Positions 25,901-37,355 of a DNA stretch of 64,000 nt are shown here, one piece after another. The notes below the pieces were generated by a model. That model had not been told where the DNA came from, did no database searches, and was given only the letters and a program-made list of their open reading frames with translations. The position numbers and the translations under genes are program-made. Each line of letters begins with the position of its first letter. The stretch's first letter is position 1. The stretch covers positions 10,416,001 to 10,480,000 of the forward strand of contig CM068762.1 in NCBI GenBank assembly GCA_035084275.1, given 5' to 3'. This DNA comes from Hydrolagus colliei. Its lineage: Eukaryota.

Positions 25901-27726
25901 CACAGGCTATTTTGGTTCAATCGTGAGCTGTATTGTTGGCCTCTTGCAGGCAGTGGGCAAACGCTCATTATTTAACCAGATGCAAGGAAAAGGGGAAACG
26001 GGAGCCGGGAGCTCGAACGCACGCATCGTCCGCAGTCCACCGTGTAAGGAATAGCGTTGCAGAAATCTTAGTTGGTGGGCAGGAACCGTGAGCTAAGCAA
26101 TGGTGACAATGAATCGCAATTACTACTCAGCCAGGGATAAAGCTATTTCTGGCTGTCGGCGACCAGAACGACAACACAGCTCACCAGCCTGCCAGCAATG
26201 TGAATGTGTTTAAGCCATCGTTCCCCACTACTTCCTTCCCCTCATTCTCTGCTGTCTTCCTGCATTGAAAGTCAATCAGCAGCTGTCGGTATCAAGCCGA
26301 ACAACACAGGCTCTCTCTCTCTCTCTCATTTGTGTGGCCTGAGAGTGTTTGGTGTATTCACGCACCCAGGTACTTTGGGTCAGCCTCTCCCCCACCCCAC
26401 CCCTTTGAAATATTACAGACAAAATCTGGGGTTCGTTGGCAGAGGATTACACGGATAAGTCTCTCTTCCTAGAAACATTCCTATACACTCTTCCCTCACC
26501 CTCTGAAACTCCATCCCGCAATCCCTCCACCTCGCCCCCTTCCTTGCCTCCTTCAAGACCCGTTTCAAGACCTTCCTCTTCGACCGTGCCTTCGGTCACC
26601 CTAAGTCTCCCCTTGCTCTCCAAACTGCCCCAATCCCAACCAGCAGCTCGGGTCCGAAACATTGACTATCCAACGCCTTGGGACTCCTGACATGAAAGGC
26701 GCTATACAAATGTAATTTGGTTGTTGTTGTATACACACGCACATAGACATATACACACAGATACACATTATACACTCACTCACACACACACACATACATG
26801 TATGCAGAAAGTGGATGTCTGTGTGACGGATGCATTCCATTTCAGAGCTCAGTAACAGTGACACCTTGAGATGCGTCAATAACCACGGCTCCCACATCGG
26901 ATTTAAGTAGGGATTATTCTTGGAGGGTGGGTGGGAGCATGGGGGGGGCGGGGGGGCGGGGGGAGAAATCTTTGATGGGGAAAATCTGTGTTTTCATAAA
27001 TGTAGGTGCGGATCGTATACTATTTAGGATCAAAGGATTTCCTCTGGTTAAAATTCCCAGAGTTTGTTTTTTTGCATTCCAAACCATAAATTTTTCTGGA
27101 GTAGAGTTTTTTGTGAGAAGAAATAAAAATATGGCCTTAATCTTCAAACAACTTTGATATGTTTTTTTTCCCCCCAACACTGACCGGGAAACAAAGCCCA
27201 AAGCAGTGATAAATAAGCCTTTGATGAGATTGTTCTGCGTTTGAGCTAAACAATGTCTGACCTGTCTGACAGGCACTGATTTCCCTCCCTTGCGGTACTC
27301 ATTTTCTTACACACTGTAAATAAAAGGAAGTGAAACGCAGTTACCCATGAAATAAAATCCCTCAGGATTTCTCTGGGACAAACTGCGTTCGTCTGTCGAC
27401 GTTTTCTGCAATCTACTGCAGAAGTGGATCTGTTTGTTTGGGTTAAGTAGAGGAACCCATGTTCAACATTCACTGCGCGCAAAAAATAAAATTAAAAAGT
27501 GTATAGGGGTTGGAGATAAAATGTCCCAAAGGTACAACCTCTCTGCATTGTCTTCGAGAACAGAACTGCATAATGCTTACATTGTGAGGGGGAATAAGTG
27601 TAGTCTTTACTCTGGTAACAAGGCAGTTAGTCAAATGTGTGCCCCGTGTCAAAGTTCAGTGTACTCACTCGATGTTTTTGTGAGGCCACTGCACATTGTC
27701 CCAGTGGGAGTTGAGGCTTAAAGGCT

Positions 27727-28116
27727 GTGGAGCCCTGTGGCTCAGTGGTTACAGCGCTCGCCTCGCAAGCGAGAGGACCTGGGTTCGATTCCCGAGGCAG
27801 GGCTAAACATTGGGCGAGTTCTCCCTTTTTTCCGCACGCCTCTGTTTACCTTGCAGTAAATTGGATCCCGGATGTTAGTGGGTTGCCGGATCGCTTTTCC
27901 AGGGGTAATAATTCCTTCCAAAAAACAAAAGAATAAATTGGCCACTCCAATCCACGATTGTTTTGTGGGACACTGCTGCGCGCAATTGGCTGCCGCGTTT
28001 CACCCACAAAATATATTCAGTCAATTCACTTTACAGTATATTCTGTGAAACGCTTTGAGACGTCTCGGAGACCTGATAAGGCGCTCTATCAAATGCAAGG
28101 ATTATTATTATAATTA
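27727..28116 (+). mobile_element. tRNA-derived SINE, full-length long form
   Basis: A box (gctcagtggtt) and B box (ggttcgattcc), central gcctctgtttacc...gatcgcttttcc segment, conserved tail gctgcgcgcaattggctgccgcgttt...ggcgctctatcaaatgcaagg(ATT)n. Confidence 0.92.
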
Positions 28117-28809
28117 TTCTATCGCAGAATCAGTCAAAACAGTCTGCAGCAGGATGCTCAAACAATCCACGGTTCATGACTATTACTGATCGGTTGAAGG
28201 CAGTGGAAAAGTGAGGGAAAGTTCACAGCGACCAAACTAAATAGTCTTGAGATTTATGATGCCATCAGTCGCGTTCCTTAAGATTTGGGTTGAGGCCACA
28301 TTACGTTCCGAATGCAGCCAGAAAGTACTTGATCTTAACATCATGGTTGTTCTTTTCACTTCTTGTTTCCGTTCCATATTTGTTTCAGCTGCTCGGGATT
28401 TTATAGCGCCTCTGCGATGCTCAAATGAAAGAAAGAAAGCAAAGCGCAGGGCCATTTATCAAACAAACCTGGATTGGTTCATTCACTCTCTTGACCTTGA
28501 AATATATTCCCCTCTTGCCCCTTCCTTACAGTAACCTCGTCATTGTTTCAATTCCCAATGCTAGGGCTCGGAGACGAACAAAATGGACAGATGTCTGTCT
28601 CTCTCTGGTCAGGGGCCAACGACAAAACAATTTAGCTTCCGATACTGTTTCACCACTTGAAACTGTGTCCTGCAAAGAGTCAAGAAGTGAAGAACCAGTT
28701 TTATGAGGGGATTGTTACTGGCCGGTGTCTGGTATAGTGCAGTGCAAAATCCGTTAATTAATACTTGATGTCTTGCTAACAATCTGTGTGTTGCTTTGTC
28801 CAACTACAG

Positions 28810-28929
28810 TCCAATGGAGCTGCTATACTTCAGCAGATGACCCTACCACCACCCATCCCCCAAGTGTGATCATCACTGCAGTCAGCGAAACTGTGTCAAC
28901 TGTGCAACCAAATAATTCTCCGACTGCAG
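28810..28929 (+). CDS. cd34: CD34 coding exon 2 (end of signal peptide, start of mucin stalk)
   Basis: Branch-like gctaac, pyrimidine tract, acceptor CTACAG|; encodes VQWSCYTSADDPTTTHPPSVIITAVSETVSTVQPNNSPTA; donor CAG|GTAGGA; 120 nt, phase 1-1. Confidence 0.85.
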
Positions 28930-29360
28930 GTAGGAACGGTTTCAAACTCCCGTTGCTTCCTTAATTCGGAGCTTGTCGAGAGTGGAGTACATTAATCGGC
29001 TTTGCTCTTGTGGTCTCTGATATCACCTGAATCATAGCGAGTTAGGTCAGTGTCCTCGTCAGCCAGAACTCAAACAGTGTTGGTCTCAATGTTTGGCGAT
29101 GCAACAGTTATTACCAGTAATAGTCCACGCTTACCGCAATTTCCAATAAATTACAATCGTTCATTAGTTTGGATTTTACTTATGTGTTCTTTAAAATCCA
29201 TCATATCAGAACGCTGTTGCTGCTGCTGTTGTTGCCTGGCTTTTAAATGTCCACCTGTTGCCTTGCGAAATGTGTTTAGTCCTTCGTCGATGTACAAGGA
29301 AGCCTTCAGTGTGAGCAGGTCTCATCTAAACAATTCGATTGCACTGTTTTGGTGTTGCAG

Positions 29361-29737
29361 ATATCACGGTTCCTCCAGAGGTGACTGATAGCACGTCAGT
29401 GACTGACTCTCCGAGCAACTCAACTTCAGCCGTTGCAAATACATCCGTCACAGAGTCAGTGACTCCACCCGAACCATCGCCACGAAGCCCGGAAAGCCAA
29501 TCCATTCCCAGCGTTGGCGGCGGCGACGACAGCCTTCAGGCAACACCTCCGAGCACCCCCCGCGCAGCCACGAACATCGCGGCCAGTACGGCAATCGTTA
29601 AGAAAAATGATCCCACCACGCGTTCGTCAGCGACTGCATCTGCTGCCTCGACTCAGCCCACAGCTGTACCAAACCTGCCATCCACAACAACAGAGAAAAA
29701 AGCCTCAGCTGCCGCTAACGCAGCAAGTGGAAATAAG
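29361..29737 (+). CDS. cd34: CD34 coding exon 3 (Ser/Thr/Pro-rich mucin domain)
   Basis: Acceptor TTGCAG|; open frame DITVPPEVTDSTSVTDSPSNSTS...ASAAANAASGNK with NST and NTS sequons; donor AAG|GTGAGT; 377 nt, phase 1-0. Confidence 0.88.
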
Positions 29738-31184
29738 GTGAGTGGCTTTGGGGTGAAAAATAATAATAATAATAATGCTTGCGTTTGATATTTCAAAGCA
29801 TCTCAAAGCGCTTTGTAGAATATGACTGTAAAGTGTAGTAACTGTGGATTTGGTGGGCGAAACGGGATGTGCACAGTGACGTGTCGTTAGGCTTTTTAAG
29901 CCTAACGACACGAAGGATGGCAACGTTTGTGAGGCCCGTGGAGTTGATGCTGAAATAACTTTGGTTTCCATCAATGCCGGACGCTCGTTCAGTTATCCTC
30001 TCCCGCAAATACACAGTCACTCCACTTTACGGTAAGGTCCCGGCGAGGCGCTTTGAGACGTCCTCCCGACCTGAAAGGCCCCATGACGAAAGCGAGGATT
30101 CTTATTCTTATAGTAATCTGAGCATCCGTGATAATAATAATAATAATCCTTGCATTTGATATCGCGCTTTTCACATCTTTTCGACGCCTCAAAGCCCTTC
30201 ACAGAATCTTACTGTAAAGTGAATTGACTGTATATTTGTGGGTGCTACATAAATAAAATAAAACGAAGAAGAACGAGCTGCGTTTGTACAGCGCCTTGTG
30301 ATGCGAACGGGGAAAAAACGTGGCTCTCCACAACTAAATTATAGGGGTTTGCAAAGAGTGAAATAATTTCTTGCTGCCAGAGCCTTCCAGAGGTGGGAGG
30401 GGTGGGGGCGGGGGAAACGCCACAATAAATTGCTTTAAAAACAGGAAAAGTGTCTGTCCAGGGTTTCCTCACCTTTCGTGTGCTAACAATAGATCAGATG
30501 CATGTTGATGTCTTTCGCTCAAAGTAAATGTTCAACATCCTCTTTGAAATAGCCTCAAACAGTACTTCCTGACTTTTGACTCTCTTCGCTCTTGAAATAC
30601 AACTCGGAAACTAAAAGAAGCTTCACCTCGCAGGACTCCGCGAGGCAGTTTGTCGAGCGTAACCTGGTAAACATTTCCCCCTCTGTGACACGGGTGTAAT
30701 TCTCACAGCGTGAGCGAAGCAATGGTTATTTTTAAATAGCTCCGAGCTCCGGAGGTATTTATGTTAAAGACAGCACATCTGCAGCGCATTAGAAATAACG
30801 GGTTGCTTCTTTGCAGGCCCTTTAGGTATTAACCTCAATTAACGCAAATTCTACGCCCGCTATTAAGAGGCAGGTCAGTGAAGGTAGGCGAGGAATGTAA
30901 CCTTGCTGTCTCTCTGACGGATGAAAAAGTTCTTGTCGTCCACAGACAAACACGTCCCTTGTCCTCGTTCGATTACGCTGCAGTTGTCATTGTTCTCGTT
31001 CACCACCACAGGTCATCGCTCGGTGATCGTTGAAAGGGCCAATCTCTTTTTCCGTTCCAATTTTCAGAACTGCGTTCATGCTAACAATACCTTCATTTGA
31101 TACCCATATGCCACCCATATTTCTGCGTCGTCAAGATGCCTCGGAAGTTTTTGCTGTGCAGTGTGGTGTTTTATGTGATAGATC

Positions 31185-31335
31185 CAGTTAATGGATAGAG
31201 GGATTAAGGGATACGGGGATAAATCAGGCAGATGGAGTTAGATTAGAAAATCAGCCATGATCGTATTGAATGGCGGGACAGGCTCGAGGGGGCGAATGGC
31301 CTACTCCTGCTCCTAATTCCTACGTTCCTATGTAT
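31185..31335 (+). mobile_element. CR1 3' tail
   Basis: Near match to 22820-22960. More decayed CR1 pieces lie at ~38570-38725, 40985-41110 and 44640-44850. Confidence 0.85.
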
Positions 31336-31532
31336 TCACAAGCATACGGAGCAATCAATTTGCAATGCAACAGTATCTCACAGACAGTCATAGAGCAATT
31401 GACAAACTTTATTTGGGGGATTGTTGGACAGGGCACCGGTAGAAAATTCTTTTTTCTTTGCGAATACAGTATTGTACGGTTTGAATCTTATTTAGTGATA
31501 GCAATGAATGTGTAGAATGCACTATGTGGTTC

Positions 31533-31570
<38 letters not shown>

Positions 31571-31719
31571 ACAATCTAAAATACCATTGTGTATAACATA
31601 ATCATAGGAGAATGTTCTCGTATTGCCATAGGATCTTTAACGTCCACCCGAACAGGTAGATGGGTCCTCATTTTCACATCACCTCCAAAGGCTGACATCT
31701 CCCAAAACAAAGTAAAAAC

Positions 31720-32033
31720 AAGCAAAACCTTGCATTTGATGGCTATACGCCACACCTACTGTATCAGATGCAAGGATTATTGTTGTTATTACTACTTTAA
31801 AGTGAAGTGACTGTATATTTTGTGGCGAAACGCGGTAGCCAATTGCGCACCGCAGTGTCCCACAAAACAGTCGTGGATTGAGTGACCAATTACAATTGGG
31901 GTCTGTTCTTGAAGGATTATTATTAGGCGTGTGGAGCACGAGGAAACTTGCCCAAGGTTTCGCCCTTTGGGACATCGAACCAGGTTCTCTCGTCCGTGAG
32001 GCGAGTTCTCTAACCACTGAGCTACAGGACTCC
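31720..32033 (-). mobile_element. tRNA-derived SINE nested in an older Deu-domain SINE
   Basis: Flanked by Deu-domain sequence (31605-31705) and the head of the older SINE (32034-32150), both on the - strand. Confidence 0.85.
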
Positions 32034-32692
32034 TGTCGTACTCAACACACACTGCATTGGAGTAACAGCCTGTGAGATGCCATGGAGGCTTGAACCCACA
32101 ACCTTCTGATTCAGAGGCGGGAATCACTCCCGAATGAGCCAGACTGATTTCCATTCGAAAGACACAGCAAAAATACATTTATGCCCCCACCCCCCACCCA
32201 ACACAATGTACCCCTGTCTACAATCGTTAGAATGCGTCTTATTTAGTGGCGCATTGAATACGTTATGTGTTTCCGCGTGTGTGAGCAGGTAGCTGCGCTC
32301 ACAGAAATTCTAATCTAAAATACCATTTTGCAAAAACTTTATCATAGGAGAATGCTCTTGTATTTCAATTCGCACCGAGTTGCAGAAAGAATGGCTGAAC
32401 AGACTGAGATGCCATTGTCCTAGGCAGTCCGCGAGCAATGACACCCCAAAGGCAATGAATCGCGATCCAGGCACAAAATGTCTCGGCCACTGAGGTGAAC
32501 CTTAGTAAGGATTTTCAGCGTGTATCAAAATATTTCCTGTGGGTGAAAACATTCAGATCAAATCCTGTGAACTCTGAGGTTTTTTTTGTTCTCTTTGAAA
32601 GAGTTCATTTTCTCTCTCTCTCTCTCTCTATCGCTTCAGTCAGAGCCGACTGATTATACGTTCATACCAAATGCCTTTTTTGTTTCCCATAG

Positions 32693-32875
32693 ACTTTCTG
32701 AATGTTTTCACTGAAAGAGCAACAGTTAGAGTACTAGACTTTTGATTTCCATTAACCCACAGTGTCAACTGTCTTTGCTTAGCAGTGAGACTGCAGCCAG
32801 ATACCTACCTCCTGATAGCAATGGCTAAAATGATTTCCATGTGGTTCTGAAGCTATGCTAAAGGCTTTGCCAATG
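32693..32875 (+). pseudogene. candidate decayed CD34 globular-domain exon (pseudo-exon)
   Basis: Bounded by acceptor TTTCCCATAG| and donor ATG|GTAAGG with stops in all three frames; after removing a TACC duplication it reads CQLSLLSSETAARYLLIAMAK, similar to human CD34 [21 protein letters not shown]. Confidence 0.35.
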
Positions 32876-34649
32876 GTAAGGAATAGTTTAAAACAAATTA
32901 CCCATGCGTTTTTGAAATGATGCCAAGCTTAAGCCTTGGTCTAAACTTCAGATCGGCGCTCTGAGACATCCGTGGAGACGTGGGGGTAAGAGCGAGGGAG
33001 AAGCCTTGTTTTGAGGCCGAATGTGGTGGTGGACGAATCCAACGATAGTCCGAATCCAAGCGTAGCGCAGGAATCTTTGTCTAACTTTCAGCTCGTCATT
33101 AACAATAGTTCTGTAAAATCACCGTGGGGGCCGATGCCAACTCATTCACTAAACGGCTGTGAAACTGGGCCAATTTGTCTTTTTTTTGCTGGACTCTCCC
33201 TCCAGCGTGCAAAACATCAATTCACCAGACAATGAGATTACGCTGTGCGAAGAGATGATTGGTTTCGAACCCAAACTGGAGAAAGCTAAAGCATTTGTCG
33301 CCACCGTTCGCAGTGAGAGCCTTTGGAAACTTTTTTTTTTTTGCTAATTCTCCGATTGATATTAAATGACCTGGATTTCCCTCTGTAGTGTGGAGGCATC
33401 TTGTTGACGTGAGGAGATATCTCAAGTGGTGAGGTGGGGGGGGAGGGAGGGAGGGGGGGGGGGGGAGTGGGAGTTGATGTTCAAATGACAGCCTGCAAAT
33501 GAATTTTTAATGGCTGCGCAATTGATGGAACAATTAGCTTAAGCACGCTCCATTAAGTATTTCGAATATAATTACCGGGCCACCCTCTCGCGCTGTCGTT
33601 CATTGAAGTGACCTGCCCCGGAAAAGTCTCCTCCGAATTCACCGAGGTCAATTGACGGACCAGCTGTGCGAGCTGCCTCCGAATCGATGCCACCGCCAAG
33701 CAGTAGAGCGTTCAGACTGCATCATTCCCACCTGTGATGGATTGCCCACTCGAAACTCCTCTGCGAGATTGCTACACTCCATGTGTTAAACGTTTCCCCA
33801 CGAGCCCTCCTTCAGCTGGTCGGCGAGATGGGCCAAGGAGGAGACGGGGGACTGCAGTTTGTCATTTTCAATGACGGCTGCGGTTTCCTCGGCTAAAAAG
33901 CGCAGCATGCACAGTCGGCAGCAAAATCTCGTCTCTGAATTCTCAAGGCTGCGGTCGGGTTTCCAAGCCTCGCATCAGAACTTGGAGCTCACTTTAGACT
34001 GATCCTCCAGTGCGGTACCGAGGAGTGGTTTGGTTTTGTCTTCGGGTGAGTCGGGTGGACGATAAAGATCCTCTGGCGCTCGTCAAAACCACTTCAACAC
34101 ATGGCCCTCGAATACCAAATTGGGAATGTTTAGAAGGAAGTAAGGGGGTGTTAAAGGGGGGGGATTAAAACATTTGCCATAGTTCAATTAGCAACAATAA
34201 CTTTGGTTTATTTAGTGCCTCTGTCCCAGAGCGGTGTCCCAGAGCGCTGAATCACCTGGCTGATCAGGCTCAATGAGCTCAACGCTTGCTCCTCCGCCTA
34301 CATTCACGTCATTTGACTGAAGGTCCACTGAGTTCTTGAGATGTAACTGAATTTAGCCTTGTAGGTGCCTTAGCTTGGATGCTCTCAATGAGGGGAGATG
34401 GTGCGCGTGTGTGTGCATGCGCGTGTATGTCTGCGTAGGTGTATGTTAATAACCACATCCAAATCCTTTTCCTTTTCCTCCTTCACCAAGACACCTCTTC
34501 ACAATGCACACACATTTCACATTTCCTATCCCAAATCACAATATTACAGTTCTTTGCATCCAGTTCCTCCCTTCTGCTGTCGGGTCCCCTCCCACCTCTC
34601 CATCGACTACAACTTAAATTCATATGTTGCTCTTCATGCATTGATATGG

Positions 34650-34995
34650 TCCCCGATTACCCCAGTCCTTGCCAGACTGCACTGGCTCCCTGTCCCGGAG
34701 AGGATCGATTTCAAGATCCTCACTCTTGTTTTCAAATCTCCTCCACTCCTCTGCATCTCTCTACCTCTCTGATCTCCTCTCTCCTCACAACAGCACCCGT
34801 TGCTTTCACTCCACCAGGTCTGGCCTGCTCCTTGTCCCCCCCGAATCTTCCTCTCCCCCGTGCCTTCAGCCACTACGCCCCGAGGCTCTGGAACACCCTC
34901 CCTCACTCCCTTAGCCTCGTTCCCCACCCCCCCCACCCCACCCGTCTCTTCCGACTTTCAGGTCTCGGCTAAAGACCTTTGCTTTCGACCGCGCA
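34650..34995 (+). mobile_element. L2 LINE 3' fragment
   Basis: ITPVLARLHWLPVPERIDFKILTLVFKS and RAFSHYAPRLWNTLPHSL. Confidence 0.9.
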
Positions 34996-36094
34996 TAACA
35001 CATTGCAGTCACCACAGGAAGCCAGATGATCGATGGATTCATTTCCCCCCTCCTCCACCCTCCTCTCTCTCCCACTACCATCTCTTTCTCTCGACCTTCA
35101 TTCGCCTCCCTCTTGGAAAGATCCCAGGAGGGGGAGGACAGGGCCAAGGCATCAACTCCCGCGGTTGTAATTCAGGAGAAACTTTCAATGGATTGGCAAC
35201 GTCATTCAGCGGGGCTGGTGCAGGAAATGGGAAATGTTCTCGTGCTGTGGAAGCAGTGGGAGAGACAGTCGCGTAGGAATATGCGGTCGAGTTTCACGAA
35301 TGTGCATTCGGCTGCGAGACCACGGGTTGACTCCTCGGCCGCCACGCCACAGTAATTAACGGCGAGAATGGGTTACCAGGAAAAGGGTGGTCCAGGCTGG
35401 AAACCCGTATTGGTTTAAAGAGGTGGAGCCTTGGCATCGCTCACAGGTGTTGTCACAAATTAGCAGCGACGACAGAGAAAAATGCACATTCTTTCTCCTC
35501 CCGCGCCCTCCCACACCCACACACACACATCCTGTTTCTCCACCCCACTCCCCTACTTCCTTAATATCCCTTCCCCCCCCCCCCCCCAACCCCCCCCCCC
35601 CCCAACATCCTGCTTCCTTCCCACTAACTGCCATGTTTTGCGGGACATTGGCGTGCGCAAATAGCTTTGCCTGCAAAGACGCACAGTCGCTTCCCAGTGA
35701 TGATAAAGTGATGAAAAAGTGCTTCACCAAATGCTAGGACAGTGATATCAGGGTTGAGTATAAAGACTCTCAAGAGTCTTTAACAATGCTTACCCGGCAA
35801 TTGTGTGACACGCCATCATATGTGACTGATCAGATATCAGTGGCGGCCAATCTTTATGGCCAGCCGACAAAATGCATGTTCTTGATTGAACATGCATTGA
35901 GTTCTACCAGACATATTGAACCAAGAAAAAAATTGAAAACAGACTACCAATCGAGCACACGCTGACCTAGACTCGTGTAACTGTTCAGAGCTGGGGGGGC
36001 GATGTGCGGTGGGGCCCTTTCTTGACGTTGACCACCAATGCTTTAACTGGAAGTTGCCCGTTCGTGTTGAGATTAATGCCCTCGATTTTTCCAG

Positions 36095-36238
36095 ACCCCG
36101 GAGAGCGTTTCCCAATCTCAGAAATCAAAGCCGGTGCTCATCACGTTACTGGTCCTCGGATGCCTGCTCGGCCTGGCCATGTTGCTGACGTACTACTGCA
36201 AGGACAAGCATAGCTGGAGCCCAAAGCCCGTCAGACTG
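36095..36238 (+). CDS. cd34: CD34 transmembrane exon
   Basis: Acceptor TTTTTCCAG|; encodes TPESVSQSQKSKPVLITLLVLGCLLGLAMLLTYYCKDKHSWSPKPVRL, resembling human CD34 SQKTLIALV...RRSWSPTGERL; donor CTG|GTAAGC; 144 nt, phase 0-0. Confidence 0.92.
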
Positions 36239-36839
36239 GTAAGCGTCAGCGCACTCGCGAGCCGAGGAGACCCCGGTTCGATTCCCGGGCCGGGCGGAAC
36301 CCGGCAGTAAAGTACACACACACGTCACGATCGTAAAGCAAATCTCATCAACGCGGTGACTTGGCTCCAAAATGAAGATCGGTCACTTGGGCAAGGGGTT
36401 TGGAGAACTGGGTAGCTCGGAACTTTATATAGGCTTTTGTAAAAAGCACTTCTGTTTCACAGACTGTGTTAACCACAGGAGTAAATGAAGACAAGTTTAA
36501 GCGACCATTCGGGAAATAGACCCAGGCTTTGCTGCAGCTATTTATTTTCTCTCCATTTTCACGATATATTCCCGTGAAGCACTTTGAGACGCCTCGAAGG
36601 CACGATTGAGGCGCTCTATCGAACGCAAGGATTGTTATTAGTATTATTATTATTATTATTTTGCCACAGCCTCGACTACACTTGCAAAACAATGTCGAAA
36701 TCATTTGGGGGAAGGGTTTAAAGTAAAATTTACATCTTAAACAGTTTTTTTGGGTATAAATGAAACCGGTTACTTGCACGCTTGCCAATCTAGAGGCAAC
36801 TCAAAAGCAGCCAAGCACTACGGTCATTCGTGGGTAGTG

Positions 36840-36872
36840 ACTGTCCCCTGGTGGCCAACATTGGGACTGCAC
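36840..36872 (-). promoter_or_regulatory. CTCF binding site with upstream motif
   Basis: Reverse complement reads GTGCAGTCCC-AATGT-TGGCCACCAGGGGACAGT: core CCACCAGGGG.CAG plus the TGCAGT upstream module at normal spacing. Confidence 0.7.
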
Positions 36873-37109
36873 ATGGACTCAGTCAATCCCTGCAAACAGT
36901 GACGCTGATCACTGAGGGATTTCATGGTTGGACCTGAGGAGGTTTAACCTTGTCTCGAACGTCCAGCGGAATGGCCTCCAGGTGAAGAACTGCGTCGTAA
37001 GCGATTGCTTTCACTTTGATTGCCTCCACGGATACAGAGTTAAAGCGTGTTTTCCATTTACCCCCAAAGGGCCAAACGTTGGAAGTGAATGATAATTCTA
37101 AGAAGAAAA

Positions 37110-37327
37110 ATAATAATCTTTGCATTTGATGTAGCGCCTGATCGCGTCTTCTAGACTGCGTCTCAAAGCGCTTCACGGAATATATTTTCAAGTGAATTGA
37201 CTGTACATGCGTGGGCGAAACGCGGCAGCCAATTGCGCACAGCAACGTCCCCACAAACAGCCGTGGATTGGAAATGACCCATTTATTACTGTTTGTTTGA
37301 GGGATTATTATTAGGCGTGTGGAGCAC
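37110..37327 (-). mobile_element. SINE 3' half abutting the last cd34 acceptor
   Basis: Family tail and body in reverse, ending ggcgtgtggagcac 28 nt before the exon. Confidence 0.85.
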
Positions 37328-37355
37328 TCACCAATCGTTCTTGCTCTTTCCAAAG

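Noticed and set aside
30634-30666. Possible 33-nt phase 0-0 micro-exon (DSARQFVERNL)
   Set aside because: Weak splice sites and no homology; cannot be supported without RNA data.
33206-33312. Strong acceptor with open frame VQNINSPDNEITLCEEMIG...
   Set aside because: The only open frame needs a phase-2 upstream donor, which does not fit the phase-0 exon 3, and it shows no CD34 similarity.
35121-35355. GC-rich ORF segments after a pyrimidine tract in cd34 intron 3
   Set aside because: No convincing donor before the stops and no recognisable homology; the longer ORF calls start in L2 sequence.
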